DNA of 64,000 nt, taken from assembly GCA_951406725.2 (NCBI GenBank), contig OX597817.1, forward strand, positions 80,600,001-80,664,000, given 5' to 3'. Under the pieces are notes generated by a model. That model ran no database searches, was not told the origin of the DNA, and saw nothing but the letters and a program-made list of their open reading frames with translations. This DNA is from Octopus vulgaris (lineage: Eukaryota). Within the stretch, counting starts at the first letter, position 1. Every line of letters begins with the position of its first letter. Positions 41,420 to 56,208 of this stretch are shown one piece after another. Position numbers and translations under genes: made by a program.

Positions 41420-42672
41420 AGTTTTAGGGTTTTCTGCAAGTGCTCCGCCCTTATTGCAGCCCCTATTTGTTCCACGTACTTCTCAAGAATTTACTCACTG
41501 TACTCAGGGCTCCGACAATTATTGGTACTACTACCACCTTTTTCCTCAACCACAACTGCATAACCTATCATATCTCTCGACTTTTCTTTCTTCCTCATCG
41601 CATACCTTATTGTCAGCTGGGCAAGCTTTATCTATGATCCAGCATAGTTTGCTTTCTTTCTCAATGAAGACTATGTCTAGCTTCCTATTCTCCACCTTAT
41701 GGTCGCACTGAATCATAAAATCTCATAGGGTCTTTGCATTGTCATTTTCGATGATGCCTTCGGGTTTGTGGTCGTACCAATTTTTTGCTCTGTTGAGTCC
41801 ATACTTGTTGCAAAGTGTCCAATGGACAAGCCTGGCTATATTGTCGTGGCGTCTCTTATATTCCTTCAGGGCTAGTGGCGTACATTGACTGGTAATATGC
41901 CATACAGTTTCACCGTTTTGTCCACAGATTCTGCACTTATCACTTTCTGCTGTGTTGTCTGTTCTGTATTTTATGTAGGTTGTTCTTAGTGCTTGCTCTT
42001 GAGCAGCACAGATTAGAGCCTCTTTTCCGGTTTTAAATCACTTTTTGTCATCTACAGCCATCTTTTTTCTCTGTCTGTCTTATCTTCACCATATCTGTGA
42101 AATTCTACATGCGTTCTTTGCTTTACCCACCTATTTTCAGTTTCATTCGTTTTCAGTTGCTTGTACAGTGCTGTATCTTTGCAATCTTTCATCCTACACA
42201 AGCCAAACCTTTTTACCACTAATAATAGTGGTTCTGTGGCTTGTTTTTACATACCATGCTATGTTGTTTTCTTCTGCTTTAATACTGTCTTCGCATCCAG
42301 TAATTCCTCTTCCCCCTTTTTTTTCTTGGTACATACAGTCTATCTGTGTCATTTTGGGGGTGGAGTATCCCATATCTAGTTATCAACTTACTTGTCTTTC
42401 TAAGCTGTGTAGTCCGTCTACTGTCCATATTTAAGGAGTGAAACCGTCCAGGTGTTAATAGCTTCAATCTTATTCTGACCGTTTAATTTCGACTTAAGGA
42501 TCAGTCTCAGTATGCGCAAGTACTCCACCTTAAATTTTTCTCTCATTTCTGTCTCTATCAATTTATCCATTTCCAATATCCCCAAGTACTTATGAACCGT
42601 CTCTTCTATCTGCCACATAACTTCCCCCGATGGTATCGCTAGCTCGTCCATACCTTTGATTTTCGCCTCTTT
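41420..42672 (-). mobile_element. R4/Dong-type RLE non-LTR retrotransposon 3' fragment (decayed)
   Basis: HKYLGILE..EYLRILRLILKSKLNGQNKIEAINTW; LHPQNDTDRLYVPRK; ICAAQEQALRT; CCHC knuckle CRICGQNGETVWHITSQC..RRHD; RLE NRKLDIV..IIDKACPAD. Confidence 0.9.
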
Positions 42673-42779
42673 TTTTCCGTTGAAATTTTTCGTTTTTGTT
42701 TTATAAGTTTTGCTGTGGTTTACAGTTTTTGTAATCGTGCAGCATGTATATATTGGCAGGTGCTTACCTCCTTAATTTT

Positions 42780-43200
42780 TTTTATCGCGCATTTGGTTGT
42801 GTTGTTACAATAAAAGGCATGTTTACATATTCGGGTAGTCAGGGAGAAAAGAAAGATAACATTTTCACACAAAATTGTAGATATTAAAGTTTTAAAATTT
42901 TCTAGAGATGTTCGTTTGTATGTCCGATCAGAGAAAACTGTAGTGTTTTTGCAATAAAAACGATGTTTACATTTTCGAATACTCAGGGAGAAGAGAAAGG
43001 AAAGGAAAGAAAAGGAGGGTGAATTTTTCACAGCAAATTTTAGATGTTAAATATTTAAAATTGACTAAAAATGATCTTTTGCTTGTCCGAACAGAGAAAA
43101 CAGTAGTGTTCTTAGAATAAAAAGGATGTTTACATTTTCGAATGAAAAGGATAAGTATTCACAGAAGTTGTAGATATTAAAGTTTTTAAAGCTGATCGTT
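42780..43200 (+). repeat. Degenerate tandem repeat, three units of ~145-165 bp
   Basis: TGTTTACA.(A/T)TTCG anchor at about 42820, 42964 and 43127, with shared TAGATATTAAA and TGTCCGA.CAGAGAAAAC blocks. Confidence 0.6.
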
Positions 43201-43280
43201 TGTGTATTCGAAATCTGTAGACAGTTTTTATTATTATTATTATAATTGTTATTCTTCTTCTTTTTCATCTTCTTCTTCTT

Positions 43281-43380
<100 letters not shown>

Positions 43381-44328
43381 GGATAGTGAACTGGTAGAAT
43401 CGTTTACACATCGAGCAAAATTTCGTCCGGCTTTACCATCTGAATTCAAATGTCTTTCACCCTTTTGGAGTCAATGAAACAAGTACTGTACCGGTGGTGG
43501 TGGTGGTGGTGGTGTCGGTGTCAGTGGTGGTGCCGGCGGCGATGGTGGTGTCGGCGGCGATGGTGGTGCCGGCGGCAGTGGTGGTGTCGGCGGCGGTGGT
43601 GGTGCCGGCGGCGGCGGTAGTAGTGGTGGTGGTAGTGTTGATGGTGGTGATGGTGACGGTGATGAAGGTGATGAGGACGACGACGACGACGATGATAATG
43701 TTGCTGTTGTCTTATATTGTTTACTTACCTGTTTCCTATTAGAAACGCCACGTATTCATTTATTTATTTACTCATTCACCTGCTATCGACCACACCTTAC
43801 TTTAATCTCACCGGTCTTCAACATAGAAGGAAATTATTAGAACTTTCAGACCAGTAGAACTAATAGACTAGCTATCCCTCTGTGGCTGGTACGTTAAATG
43901 CGATTTCGTTGCCTTTCTATACAATACATTGTTTGTAACATGGTTTAGTAAACATGATGAACCTTGTGGAACAGAGCGGTAGGAAGGTTGTTTTCACTGA
44001 TATGACAATCAACTGACCGACTCCCCAACTCACCATCACGCCATCACACGAACGCACCATGCCCGTATATAGATGCGTACTTGCAACACCATCTCACCTA
44101 AACCTCTAGAATGAGAGAAAGTGAATAAATGGAGAGACAGGGAGAGGTGGGAAGAGGGAACGAGAAAGAGAGAGAGGGAGGGAGAGAGGGAGGGAAGTTA
44201 CTGGCGTGGTTATAATTGCACTATCTTTATAATTGCATAATGTCCCTTGATTAGGTTTTTGTTCGAAAGATTCTTTAAAGCGATCAATGAAGCAAACAGG
44301 ATACTACCACCATTACCACCACCATCAC

Positions 44329-44359
<31 letters not shown>

Positions 44360-44447
44360 ACTACCTCTGTCACTACTGTTTCATATAGTGCTAGTATTGT
44401 TACTGCTGCTACTACTATTTCCAATACTGTTATAACTACTACTGATG

Positions 44448-44520
<73 letters not shown>

Positions 44521-44656
44521 TTATGATAATTAAAAGGAGAGCAGAGGAGCAGGACATTACAAGGACAGTTTATAACTGGTGAGAGGAGATTACATAAAAA
44601 CATAAAGGCAAGAAAGGGAGACAATAATAATAATAATGATAATGATGATGATGATG

Positions 44657-44709
<53 letters not shown>

Positions 44710-44993
44710 TAATCGAAATATAAAGAGACTGAAAAATAGAGGTAAACGCAAATAGAAAAATATTAAAAGCAAAAACATAAACAAAAGAGCGTTAGATAGA
44801 AGAAACAATTATATTATATTTGTAATTATATATGTATATGTATGTATATATATATATATATATATATATTATATTATATATGTAGATATATATATATATA
44901 TATATATTCCTGTTTCATTAAAAACAAAAATTCAACAAGAACAAAATCAACAAATCTAATAACCTTAATTCAACAACAAAACAGCAAAGTAAA

Positions 44994-45072
<79 letters not shown>

Positions 45073-45077
45073 GTAAA

Positions 45078-45200
<123 letters not shown>

Positions 45201-45625
45201 AAAGGAATAAAAGACCAATTATAATATTCTGTTTAGTTACATATTTCGAATTTTTTTTTAACATGCATAATTGTACTCTCGTGTTTGTATTTTTTTATTT
45301 GGATATTAGCTCACTAGAGAAATGAAATGACTGTATGGGTTTACTAGGGAACGGTTTTATTGAAGGATTATTCTCTCCTGTTGGCACCAATCTAATGTCT
45401 GCTGAGATCTCTTGAGTATTTTATGAATAAACTGATAATTTCTTCAGATGGTTACACAAAACAATATAAGAATAATTGTATTAAATTTTAAAACAAAACA
45501 CACACGTTCATAACCGCCTGCAGTTTGTACCTTTATAGACATGTATGTGGGTATGGGCGTGGGCGTGTGCGTGCGTGTATGTGTGTGTGCGTGTGTGTGT
45601 ATATGTGTGCGTATATTTGTGCGTG

Positions 45626-45689
<64 letters not shown>

Positions 45690-45719
45690 CATATATATAT
45701 AAATATATAAATGTATACA

Positions 45720-45900
45720 TACATATATGTATGTGTGTATGTGCATATGTGTTAATACATATTCATATATATATATATATATATATACATACATATATGC
45801 ATGTGTGTATGTGCATATGTGTTAATACATATTCATATATATATATATATACATACATATATGCATGTGTGTATGTGCATATGTGTTAATACATATTCAT

Positions 45901-45932
<32 letters not shown>

Positions 45933-45970
45933 GTATGTGTGTATGTGCATATGTGTTAATACATATTCAT

Positions 45971-45990
<20 letters not shown>
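45720..45990 (+). repeat. Minisatellite (~65-70 bp x4) built from microsatellite parts
   Basis: GTGTATGTGCATATGTGTTAATACATATTCAT(AT)n repeated four times. Confidence 0.85.
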
Positions 45991-46021
<31 letters not shown>

Positions 46022-46089
46022 CACACACACATATATATATATATACAAGAGAGAGAGAGAGAGACAGAGAGAGTCACAGAGATTGAAAG

Positions 46090-46266
46090 AAAATGGAATT
46101 CACGGGATTGTTTATTATTCACTATGATCGTTTCGACCCACCGTGCACCAGTGCCTCGCAGGACGGTTGTTGTGCATCGTAGGTGCAGATGTGTCCCAGG
46201 TGATTTGTCAAAAGTACCTCGTTTTTTAATCTCCGTTTCGATTATTTACATTGTAAGACATTTTGT

Positions 46267-46346
<80 letters not shown>

Positions 46347-46600
46347 TGCTACGCGTCTACACTAGGATTCAGTTACTGAGTTACATATTTTTACTTCTAT
46401 TTTATATTACATTTTATTTTATTTTCGATTCTTGGTAAGTTATCTTATGGCTCATATGAGAAGAGTTCTACATTATAACTGGGTTCCTAGCGTAGACGCG
46501 TAGCAGACTACAACTACTACTACTGCTGCTGCTGCTACCAAAATGGATTGCAACAGAAATAAGCAAAGCGGAGGTTAAAAGAAACGAGGTACCTGCAGTG
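46090..46600 (-). mobile_element. Decayed pLTR-like element with inverted segment
   Basis: 46214-46375 is inverted relative to 46478-46594. Minus-strand remnant TCAC-CTGGGAC..GAAAC-GATC-ATA-GTGA at 46119-46203. Confidence 0.45.
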
Positions 46601-46699
46601 TCATAGTGGTTCCCCATCTCTGTGAGGTACTTCCTCATCCGCCGTGACCATGTGACATATGACGGACCAACACCAGCCATCTCCCAGATGGATTCTCAA

Positions 46700-47085
46700 G
46701 AACTCAACACGTTACGCAGGATCTGACTCAGAAAATTGAGCAACAAGAGAAAACAGCTCCCGAATCATACAAGTAGCAGGATGCATCACAGTTCCTCAGT
46801 TTTGGGGTTGGCCGTATACAAAATCTGACCAATGATAACCCATTATCATGGAAAGCTTATTGGTACCGAAGGAATTCAGTTGGCTCCTAAGGGCCCGGGC
46901 AGTGTCCAAGTCTTGCAACTATAAAGCAAGACAGGGAAGACCAAAGATCTGCAAAGCCAAACCTTTGTTCTCCTGCTTAGATAACCGCAGCACCAAACAA
47001 CTATGTCCATTGAATCTACAACTGCACCAATACGTCCAAGTCTCCTTAAGACTTCAGATTTGCTGCTAATGCTGCTATTGGTCAC
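46700..47085 (-). pseudogene. RTE-clade LINE C-terminal fragment
   Basis: SEVLRRLG..LSRRTKVWLCRSLVFPVLLYSCKTWTL matches the RTE post-RT motif TK..L...VFPV.LYG.E.WT. Confidence 0.75.
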
Positions 47086-49377
47086 AGGGTCAAGGTAAGC
47101 TAAGTAAAGCGGTTGATACCTTCTCCACTGTCAATCTACTACCGACCTCATCGTCTCTATGCCTACTATTACTCTCACTTCAGCAAAAAGAGTAGAAGAA
47201 TTGTCATTGAATAGTGAGAGAGGCGTCAAAGTGTGACACACTGACACACAGAAATTCGTTTTGGCATTTTTTTAGTATAGATATATATACATGTGTGTGT
47301 AGGTATATATGTGCGTGTATGTAAGTGTGTCTTTGTGTTGTATATGTCCTCTACCATCGCTTGACAACCGCAATATAGCGGTTCAGCAAAAAATACCGAT
47401 AGAATAAGTGTAAACTCTTCAAGGCGTTGCCCTTGAATGGCCGTAGTCCAATGACTGAAACAGGTAAAAGATAATATGTGGCGAGGCAGGACATTAAAGG
47501 GAGAGAATGTCATGACTTACTTGGTGAATGAAAACAGATTTAAAGTGTTGTGAGATAATGCCGAGAATGAATTTAGTTCAGTTAATTTAAATAGAAGCAG
47601 GTTTGGGGAGAGATAATTAGAAGGAAGTACATGAAATGAGAGAAGGAGGGAGAAGTTTCTTTGAGAAACAGGAAGAGAAAAGGAGAAGGAGGAAAACAAA
47701 TGAATCTTTTCAACATCACACCTGATGCAGATAAATAAACATCGATTTCTTATAGAGGCACAAGGTCTGAGATATTTAAGAGAGAGCAGTTTGAGATTGT
47801 GTGACATTCATAGGTTTCTTATTGTTACGAAGTTGCTATGTTATGTGAAATGGCTGCAATGTTTAGTCAAGATTACGTTGTAAATCTCCTCACTAACAAC
47901 TTGGCCAGTAATCTGTACCGTTCGGTACGCAAGTCAATAAATAATGGCTGCCTTTCATTGAATACATGTGGTAAACATTTTGAGACTTTGATACATTTCA
48001 TAAGAACGTCTGTGAAAGAATCTGTGGAAAAACAGTTTTGAAATTATATAGGACCAGATGACTTTGTGGCTGCGGCGAACCTTTCGTTATAATTTGCTCA
48101 GAGTGGCCAAGATGGTACCTGTGGCTTTTGAAGCAGCCCATCTCACACTATACTGTAATGATGCAGTGATCAATGTTCAACTCGAGAGTCTACGAGAAAA
48201 ATGTAGATGCTGGAGAGAATTTGGTTTCTGGTGGGAATGTTTGAAAAACAATGTAGTTGTGAGGTTTACAGACAGTATAGGATTATTAAACGGAACAACT
48301 CTTTGGTAAACCAACAAATATTCAGCATAATCATTGTTTTTATTTTTAGTTGGAAAAAATCTTCTAAGAACAGGTGAAAAGGTACAATTATAAAGCGTTG
48401 CTGTAATTGTTTCACTTTCTGAGTTCAAATCCCACCTTAATTTTGAGGACATACAGGAATACCACGAAAAGTACTAGGGTTAATATGACCGACAAAACTC
48501 ATTGACGCCGGTTCTCCAGCATGAGCACAGCGCAAAGACTTAAACCAGTAAAAGAATAAAAATTCGTTATGTTTTTATTGTTTTATAAGACTTTCTATTT
48601 TAACGAACAAGGAACGCGGTATTGTGGCGGTCATGCCTTACTCAGCAGCATCAGTGACGGAAGTCAGTTAGTTTCATTCAAGAACTGGAACTTGAATTTT
48701 CCGCGGTTAACCCCGTACTACCCAATGATTGACAGGTTGAAATAAATTCCTAGTACCAGCAAAAGACAAGAATTTTAATAGAGGGTTAAGAATAGTTGAT
48801 CCCATTCACTCAAATAGTTAGCCGTTAACTATTTTATACAAACCCTCCAGAATAATGAATACTAAAGTCGGCAAAGTAGGATATCGTACACAAAATACAA
48901 AAATTTGCAACAAAAAAAAGACATGAAACATCTTCTCAAAACAAAACAAAAAAATGAAGCCTCTTCTCAATTCAGCCAATTCGTATTTTGTTAGGTATAT
49001 ATTTTTGCCTTTTAGAAATAACTCAAAACAAGTAAAAAAAAATTAACAAGAACAATTCTACCATCCACACCCTTTGTTTAAATAAGAATGTAGCCATTAC
49101 TTTTTTAGAAATTGACAAGTGATTTCTGAGCTTATCTCCTAACGTCTCTACTAATTACCAGCACATAGCTTTTGGATCAACATGAAAGATGCTTTGCGGT
49201 AGACGTATTAGGATGGCTAATTGGTTATAAGTTGAAGCTACCGTGACTACAGTTTCATTAACAGATCAAAAGTTATTCCTTTCAAATAGAGAACCAGAGG
49301 ATCATTGCTTTGGCATACTAAACGAAAAGATTCGGTTTGCCCTGAATACGGGTATGAGTGCATGTATGTAATGTCTT

Positions 49378-49446
<69 letters not shown>

Positions 49447-49605
49447 CACAGAGAGAGAGAGAGAGAGACAAACGGACAGACAGACAGACAGACGGACAGA
49501 GAGAGAAAGATAAATAGAAATGGTAAGACAAGAGAATGAAAGAGACCTTGATATTATGTAATTAGGGGAAATTATCTGTAAATATATGTGACAATTATTC
49601 GGTAG

Positions 49606-49672
49606 CCATGATAAAATTCAGAGTTTCGGATGTTGAGGCGGAAACCCACGCCAGCATCTCTTCAGTTAATGG
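49606..49672 (-). ncRNA. HHR-like motif with canonical CUGAAGA core (partly decayed)
   Basis: Minus strand: CCATTAA-CTGAAGA-GATGCTG..CAACATC-C-GAAAC-TCTGA-ATT-TTATCATGG, within a ~230-bp element between microsatellites. Confidence 0.5.
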
Positions 49673-49909
49673 GCCATCGAAAAAAATGCTATCCACATAA
49701 AATGCTATCCACATATTATATTTACAAATATATATATATATATATATATATAAGTTCGTTAATTTAAATGTCGATCATATTAAGTGGCCAGCATGGGAAT
49801 AAAACCTTCAAAGGTAATAATTATTATTAAAAATAATAATTTAGGGTATCTATGGCTGCTATTTCCAGCGTGGCAGTATCTCTTAGATACCCTAAATTAT
49901 AATTAAATG

Positions 49910-49980
<71 letters not shown>

Positions 49981-49989
49981 ATAAAATCA

Positions 49990-50256
49990 TGTCAATGATT
50001 TTTAACAGGTAGTTAGCATGCAATAAAAATTTATAGGTAATTTATACATTAAATTAATAATTATATATATATATATATATAATTATGTTAAGGGAGCAAG
50101 GGCCAAAAGAACGACCTATGTCCATTCGGATACTACCCTGTATATCTTTAGAGTTTTTCGGTTGCATCGACATTCAAGCATGTTGGAGATAGGTCGTTCT
50201 TTTCGCACTTGCTCCCTTAATATAATTATGTACATATATATATAATTATTAACTTA

Positions 50257-50316
<60 letters not shown>

Positions 50317-50496
50317 GATAGATCGTTAGCTCCTACACGCATTTTTTTCTCTCCTGTGTATCTTTCTGTCGAGGAGCGTAGGCTCGAAACGTAAAAGACT
50401 TTTTTCTATTTCTTTTCCTGAGCGCTATGCTAATACATTTGTTTGTTTGTACTCCACCTGCCTTCGTCTTTTGTTTATTTTCGTAAACTTTCCCGT

Positions 50497-50532
<36 letters not shown>

Positions 50533-50888
50533 TGTATGTGTGTGTGTATACGTGTGTGTGTATGTGTGTATATATATGTGTGGATGTGTGGGTATGCGCA
50601 TATGTATGAATGTATTCCATTTGGATCAGGAGCTTGGAGTGTACTTTCCAAAGCCCGTCCATACACACACAGAGGTATGAGTGCATGTATATTATGTGTG
50701 TGTATGTGTGTGTGTGTGTATTTATATATATATAACTATTTCACGTTCGTACGATAGATTATATATATATGTTGGAGATAGGTTATTCTTTTCACCCTTT
50801 GAGATAATTATATACATATATATATATATATAATTATTAATTTAATGTATAAATTACCTATAACTTTTTATTGCATGCTGACTACCTG
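49990..50888. mobile_element. Fragmented inverted-plus-tandem element in (TA)n
   Basis: 50081-50124 is inverted relative to 50184-50227, and 50005-50062 is inverted relative to 50830-50888. 50770-50850 repeats 50182-50262 directly. Confidence 0.55.
50314..50497 (+). mobile_element. Copy of the 16833-17031 HHR-like element
   Basis: TCTTT-CTGTCGA-G-GAGC(GTAG)GCTC-GAAAC-GTA-AAAGA at 50361-50398. Confidence 0.65.
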
Positions 50889-50907
50889 ATATATACATAT
50901 ATATATA

Positions 50908-52155
50908 TTAGGTTGTTTCACATGAAATGTAAAGGGAGGTAACAATGGTATGTTTCAGAAGTGTGAGAAAACTAATTTATTTAATCAAGGTGTGATCCAT
51001 GTTCATTTATGACGTTTACCCAATGTTTCTCTATGTCATATATTCAATCTTTAAAAAGAATACTTTTTTGCTGTCATAAACTGTCCGAAAGCTTCAATTA
51101 CCTCTTCTCTATCTAAGAATGTTTTGTTGCTTATGAAAAGCTCAAAATGCTTAAATAAGTGATGATCAGTAGGAGAGATATCATGGGAAAAGGGAGGATG
51201 TTGCAAAATCTCATAATTCAGGCTTTGAAACTTTTGAACCGTAGATTGATGTGTATGAGGATGTGCATTGTCGTGAAGCAAAATTGAGTCGTCTATATCC
51301 ACTAGTCTAGTTTGATTCATTTTCAAATTCTCTTCCATACAATCCTTTTCCTGGCAATACGATGTTGATGTAACCGTTTTTCCATGTTGCAAAAATGAAT
51401 AATGAATAACTCCCTCCGCAGGCCACCATACAGTGACCACTAACTTTTTAGGGTGCAATGGTGGGTTTGGGTAGTGTTTAGGTGACCCTCCTGCATCTAA
51501 TCACTGTCCTGTTCTCCAGCTGTTGTCCAAGAATATCCATTTCTTCTCACAAGTAATAATTTGATACAAAAATGGTATTTTTCCAATCGAGAAAGCAATA
51601 AGGATTACACTTCGAAGCGTGTTTTTTTTTTGGGGGGGGGTTAATCTCGTTCAGTTGATGTGGATCAAACCTATCTGTTTTCTTGACTTATCCAATTTTT
51701 TACAGATGTCCAAAATCAGTTGTGAGAGGTGTTTGAAATTCTGATGAAAGTTTTTGAACCCTTGTTCGCGGATTTTGTCCAACCAAAGCATTTAATCCAT
51801 CATCCCGAATAACTGATTTTGGCCTACCCCTTGGTTTATTTTCAAGGCTATCATCGAGAGCTTTGGAAACATCTCTGAACAGTTCTGATGTCAACAAAAC
51901 CATTACCAAAGGCCTGCATGATTTTCCGTAGAGCTTCTGCGGCAGAATGAACCAGTTTGTACTCATACGAGAAAATCACTCAACATAGTTTGGTTGTTAT
52001 CATTTTCAAAATGTCTGTGGATACGAATTTTAGATCCCGATATTGTTGGGAAGGAAAAAGAGTCAAGATTAAATGCAAGGTATACATAATTGAGTTTTTA
52101 AATGACTGAAATAACAAGTAATTAAAAATGCGACATTTCATGAGAAACAACTTAA
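50908..52155 (-). mobile_element. Full-length decayed mariner (DD34D), 1248 bp
   Basis: TIRs TTAGGTTGTTTCACATGAAATGT / ACATTTCATGAGAAACAACTTAA with flanking TA. Transposase pieces PRGRP, HPKKLVVTVWW..GVIHY and LLHDNAHPH..PFSHDISPTDHHLF, with 34 residues between the catalytic Ds. Confidence 0.93.
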
Positions 52156-52409
52156 TATATATAGTCTTTATGAATATAGCATAATTAACGCGTGTATGTA
52201 ATAGAAAAGCCAAAGGTTGCAGTTTCCTTCCTGGAGAAATCCAGTTATAGACGTATAGAAAAAAGACGAGTACGTAATTTTGAAAGCCGTAGAAGGGCGA
52301 AAAACATATGTGCTACGCGTGTGGTTACTTCTGATGTGATTTCATTACACATACCTCTGAAATATATTGTATTACAAAACAATACACTTCTATTATTGCA
52401 TAATTCTAA

Positions 52410-52454
<45 letters not shown>

Positions 52455-53313
52455 CACAAACACGCATATGTATGTATATATTTATACATATTCCTATTTG
52501 ACGTACATATGTGAGAAACATTTGAGAAACGCAGGTGAAAATATGTAAAGTAATATCAATAAAAAAACAAAGAGAAGAGATATTTAATTTATTTTTGCAA
52601 ATGGATTGATGCACCTATATTTCGGAAAAAAATGTCCTTATCAAATGTGAGAAGAAAATAATCCGTCGTATGCATTATTATGCGCGCGTGCATGTAGGAA
52701 GATTTACATGCAGGTAGATAGCTAGATGTATACACGTAGATATATACAAATATGTACATATACGAAAAATCGATATGGGTGCTTTAGGGACTTCAGTTCA
52801 ATGTGACAGTGGACAAGTAGGAAAACTCATCGAATACTAAGTAGCCAACAGTTTACTGGACTTCTGTAACGGCCGAGGCTACGTCTACATTGACCTTTAC
52901 GAGCAAACGTTCTGCACCAGAATAAATAGGAATATTCAAATTATTAACCATTGATAATTACTGGTATTTAACAGCTCGTTCATTGGGGAAGAAAAATTGA
53001 ATTAGTTCCTTCAGTATTTGAAATGATTGCGTAAATAGATGAGAGAAATATATTATTTCGTGTGAAGTTCTAACATATTATCCAATACGATTCCTTTCGT
53101 AAGAGCCAGTATTAGTGGTTTAAAACGTAAATCAATTTACATAAAAGTCATTTTCATTCGGATGTTCCGTGAAACTGAGCAAAGACATATTTCTCTGTAC
53201 TTTTACAATCACACGCTAAATTTCTAGACATTTAAAGCTTATATCTGTCTCTAAAATGACGTTTGTGTTTAAACATAATACTCACACACGTACACGCATA
53301 TGCACACACGTAT

Positions 53314-53357
<44 letters not shown>

Positions 53358-53446
53358 GTCTGTGTTTGTGTGTATACATTCACACACACACGTATTTATA
53401 TATATATATATATATATATATGATATTTATGATGTAACCATGCGTA

Positions 53447-53500
<54 letters not shown>

Positions 53501-53580
53501 ATAGATACGAATACATTTAAATGAAATTTAGTATGTCATATTAAATACATACATATTTACATTCAGGTGACTATATATGC

Positions 53581-53611
<31 letters not shown>

Positions 53612-53777
53612 CCTTTTTCTCTCTCTCTCTCTAAATATATATATATATGTGCGTGTGTGCTTATACATATATACATACATATATATGTATACATAAACAC
53701 ATGCATATATATATATCATCATCATCATTATTTGCTATTCAATATGCATCTCTGTGCAATTGCAGAAAGAATGTTTG

Positions 53778-53847
<70 letters not shown>

Positions 53848-56000
53848 CATACATACATACATGCATACATACATGAATACACACTAAACAATACATACAT
53901 AAATACCTATATACGTACATTCATACACGCACATACCTCCATACATACAACTACGTATGCCTCTGAGATAAAGACAGAGTGAATGAAAATATATGTAACT
54001 GTGAATTGATTACAGTTCCAGAACTTCGTACTATATATATTTCTCGCAACAAGTTTCATTTCTCCATGCATCATGTAACTAACTCGACTGATTTTCTTTT
54101 CCAAAGTATTGACCACTTCCACACAAACTGCACCACCATCTTGTAACACCAACACCACCTATACTCGACTACTTTTACTACTACTAAGCCACGAACAACA
54201 TCATCAGGAAATTCCGCTACCGCTGCCATTTCGACAACCACCTAACCGCTGCAGTTGTCGTCAAATCACCCGATGTTAAACTGGTTGAAGCCAAAGTGAA
54301 TATCGTCTTTTGAACTCGATTGCAAAAATAGATTTTCTCAAAGAATTCTGACCTAAAATTATAATGAAATTAGCTGCAATTTTAGTAACAGACAGCAAAA
54401 CAATAAGTTCAAAGAAATGTCTACATGGCTCTTCTATAATAATGCATTTGTTGAGTACAGTCTATAGAAAAATATGATTATTAATTCGATTAGAACAACT
54501 GTTAATGCGCCTCGGGTTATAGTTGTAGACTCTCTCCACATTGCTGTGATTTAATAAATGAGAAAGAATACAACATCACGATATGGAATTGGCTGAAATA
54601 TTAAGCCAATCAACTTAAAGACGGTTGAAAGAAAGCAAGGAAAAGCAAATCCAGGAGTAAACTAGAAATAAAGCAGTTTCTTTTTTCTCTCTTCAAAAAC
54701 ATTATATCGAGTTCTTGGTCTTATTTACGTTCGTTTTATGCTTTGATTTGTTTTTGGTTTTTTGTCCTTTTATTGTTGATTTCTTTAAATTTTTAAATAA
54801 TATTTCGTAAATGTGAATATGTCATTTAAAATCTGTTTGAAGACCTAAATATGATATTCTTAAATTCAGATTTATATTATCAATGTCTGCAAGTTTAATG
54901 TTTGTTATACGCCATATTTTTCTCAGGGCGACCGTTTGCACTGTCAGTACGGGCTATATCGCACAGATATATTGATGACACCATTTTGCACACGTCTCTC
55001 ATATTTACTCGCTTGGACCACCCACATAAAACTTATACACTTCCGGCTAAATAAGTATGTGATCTATAAAGGAGGTGGACAGCAAAATAATAATTATTCT
55101 CTAATAGAAATTTAACAACTTAGTTGCAGTTTAGAGAGCCAAAACAAAATATAACATATTTCAAAAAAAAATTGCTATAACATAAATTTTATGCAATGTT
55201 AGTATATCGCTTTTGTACTCCATTTTCGCACTCCATTTATACTTGTACTCCTTTTATATTTTAGTAACAAACAATGCATTTGTCATTACAACATCACTTG
55301 CTCTCTCTGAATCATCACATGGTAAATAGATCACATGTTTTGAATATTCAGCTACATCATACCCAATGAAGTTTGCATCGTGATTACTTGTAGTCAATCT
55401 TATATTCACTTATTAACATTTGTTTGATTTTATACACCGCCGGCCTTTTTCTGAGTCTCTGCCACTTTTTCATAGTTACTGATACTTTAAATTATTTCCT
55501 TTACGTTTACTGTCATCTATCTTTTTGTCTATATTTCACATTGATACTCCATACTAAGCAATTTTCTCAAAGACGTCTATCACAAAACTGATTTATCGCA
55601 AACTTATCTCTTCGTCCATGTAATTTCATCACCTACTCATCTACAGCAACTCAAACGAAACACCAATTACTACATTCACTCAACATTTTTGTTCCTTCAG
55701 TTTAGTCGGGTGAAATTTAGAGGTTAATGTCTTCTCTACCATCTCACCTGTTAAAGGTCATTGTACATTTAAAAACAAAGGTAAGTAGTGTATTCAAAAT
55801 TGGGTTAAGTGCAGAAAAATTAATGATGAGAAACGAACATTTTAATTCAATGTATTTTTGCCAACGTAGACTTGTGAGTTTTGAGGTCTTGCCAACGCAA
55901 CTAAGATTCTCATTTCATTGTCATTTTGTTTAATTCTAACTTATGTGTTCATAGTTAATGTGTAGTGAATTATATATTCATAGTTAACTGTTCTTTCTCC

Positions 56001-56208
56001 ACATCACATTTATAACCTATACAGACATATCCCAGGGTAAATGAGTATTTTTGCTATAAATAACTTTAACAAAATCTACTCTAATATCACATCCGTTTAT
56101 AACCTATACAGACATATACATCACATTCATTTATAACCTATATACACATATTCCAGGGTAAGTGAGTATTTTTGCTATAAATAACTTTAACAAAAACTAC
56201 TCTAATAT
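56001..56208 (+). repeat. Local tandem duplication (~120-bp period)
   Basis: TTTATAACCTATA.A.ACATAT..CCAGGGTAA.TGAGTATTTTTGCTATAAATAACTTTAACAAAA occurs twice, with a third partial TTTATAACCTATACAGACATAT between them. Confidence 0.85.

Noticed and set aside
43720-43740. Isolated strong splice donors (minus strand here; plus strand near 21361 and 22986)
   Set aside because: GTAAGT matches are expected by chance in 64 kb, and no coding exon can be attached to them.
47820-48330. Possible decayed CR1/L2 fragment or host exon (similarly 19800-20300 and 8680-9200)
   Set aside because: Higher-complexity sequence, but no motif clear enough to assign.
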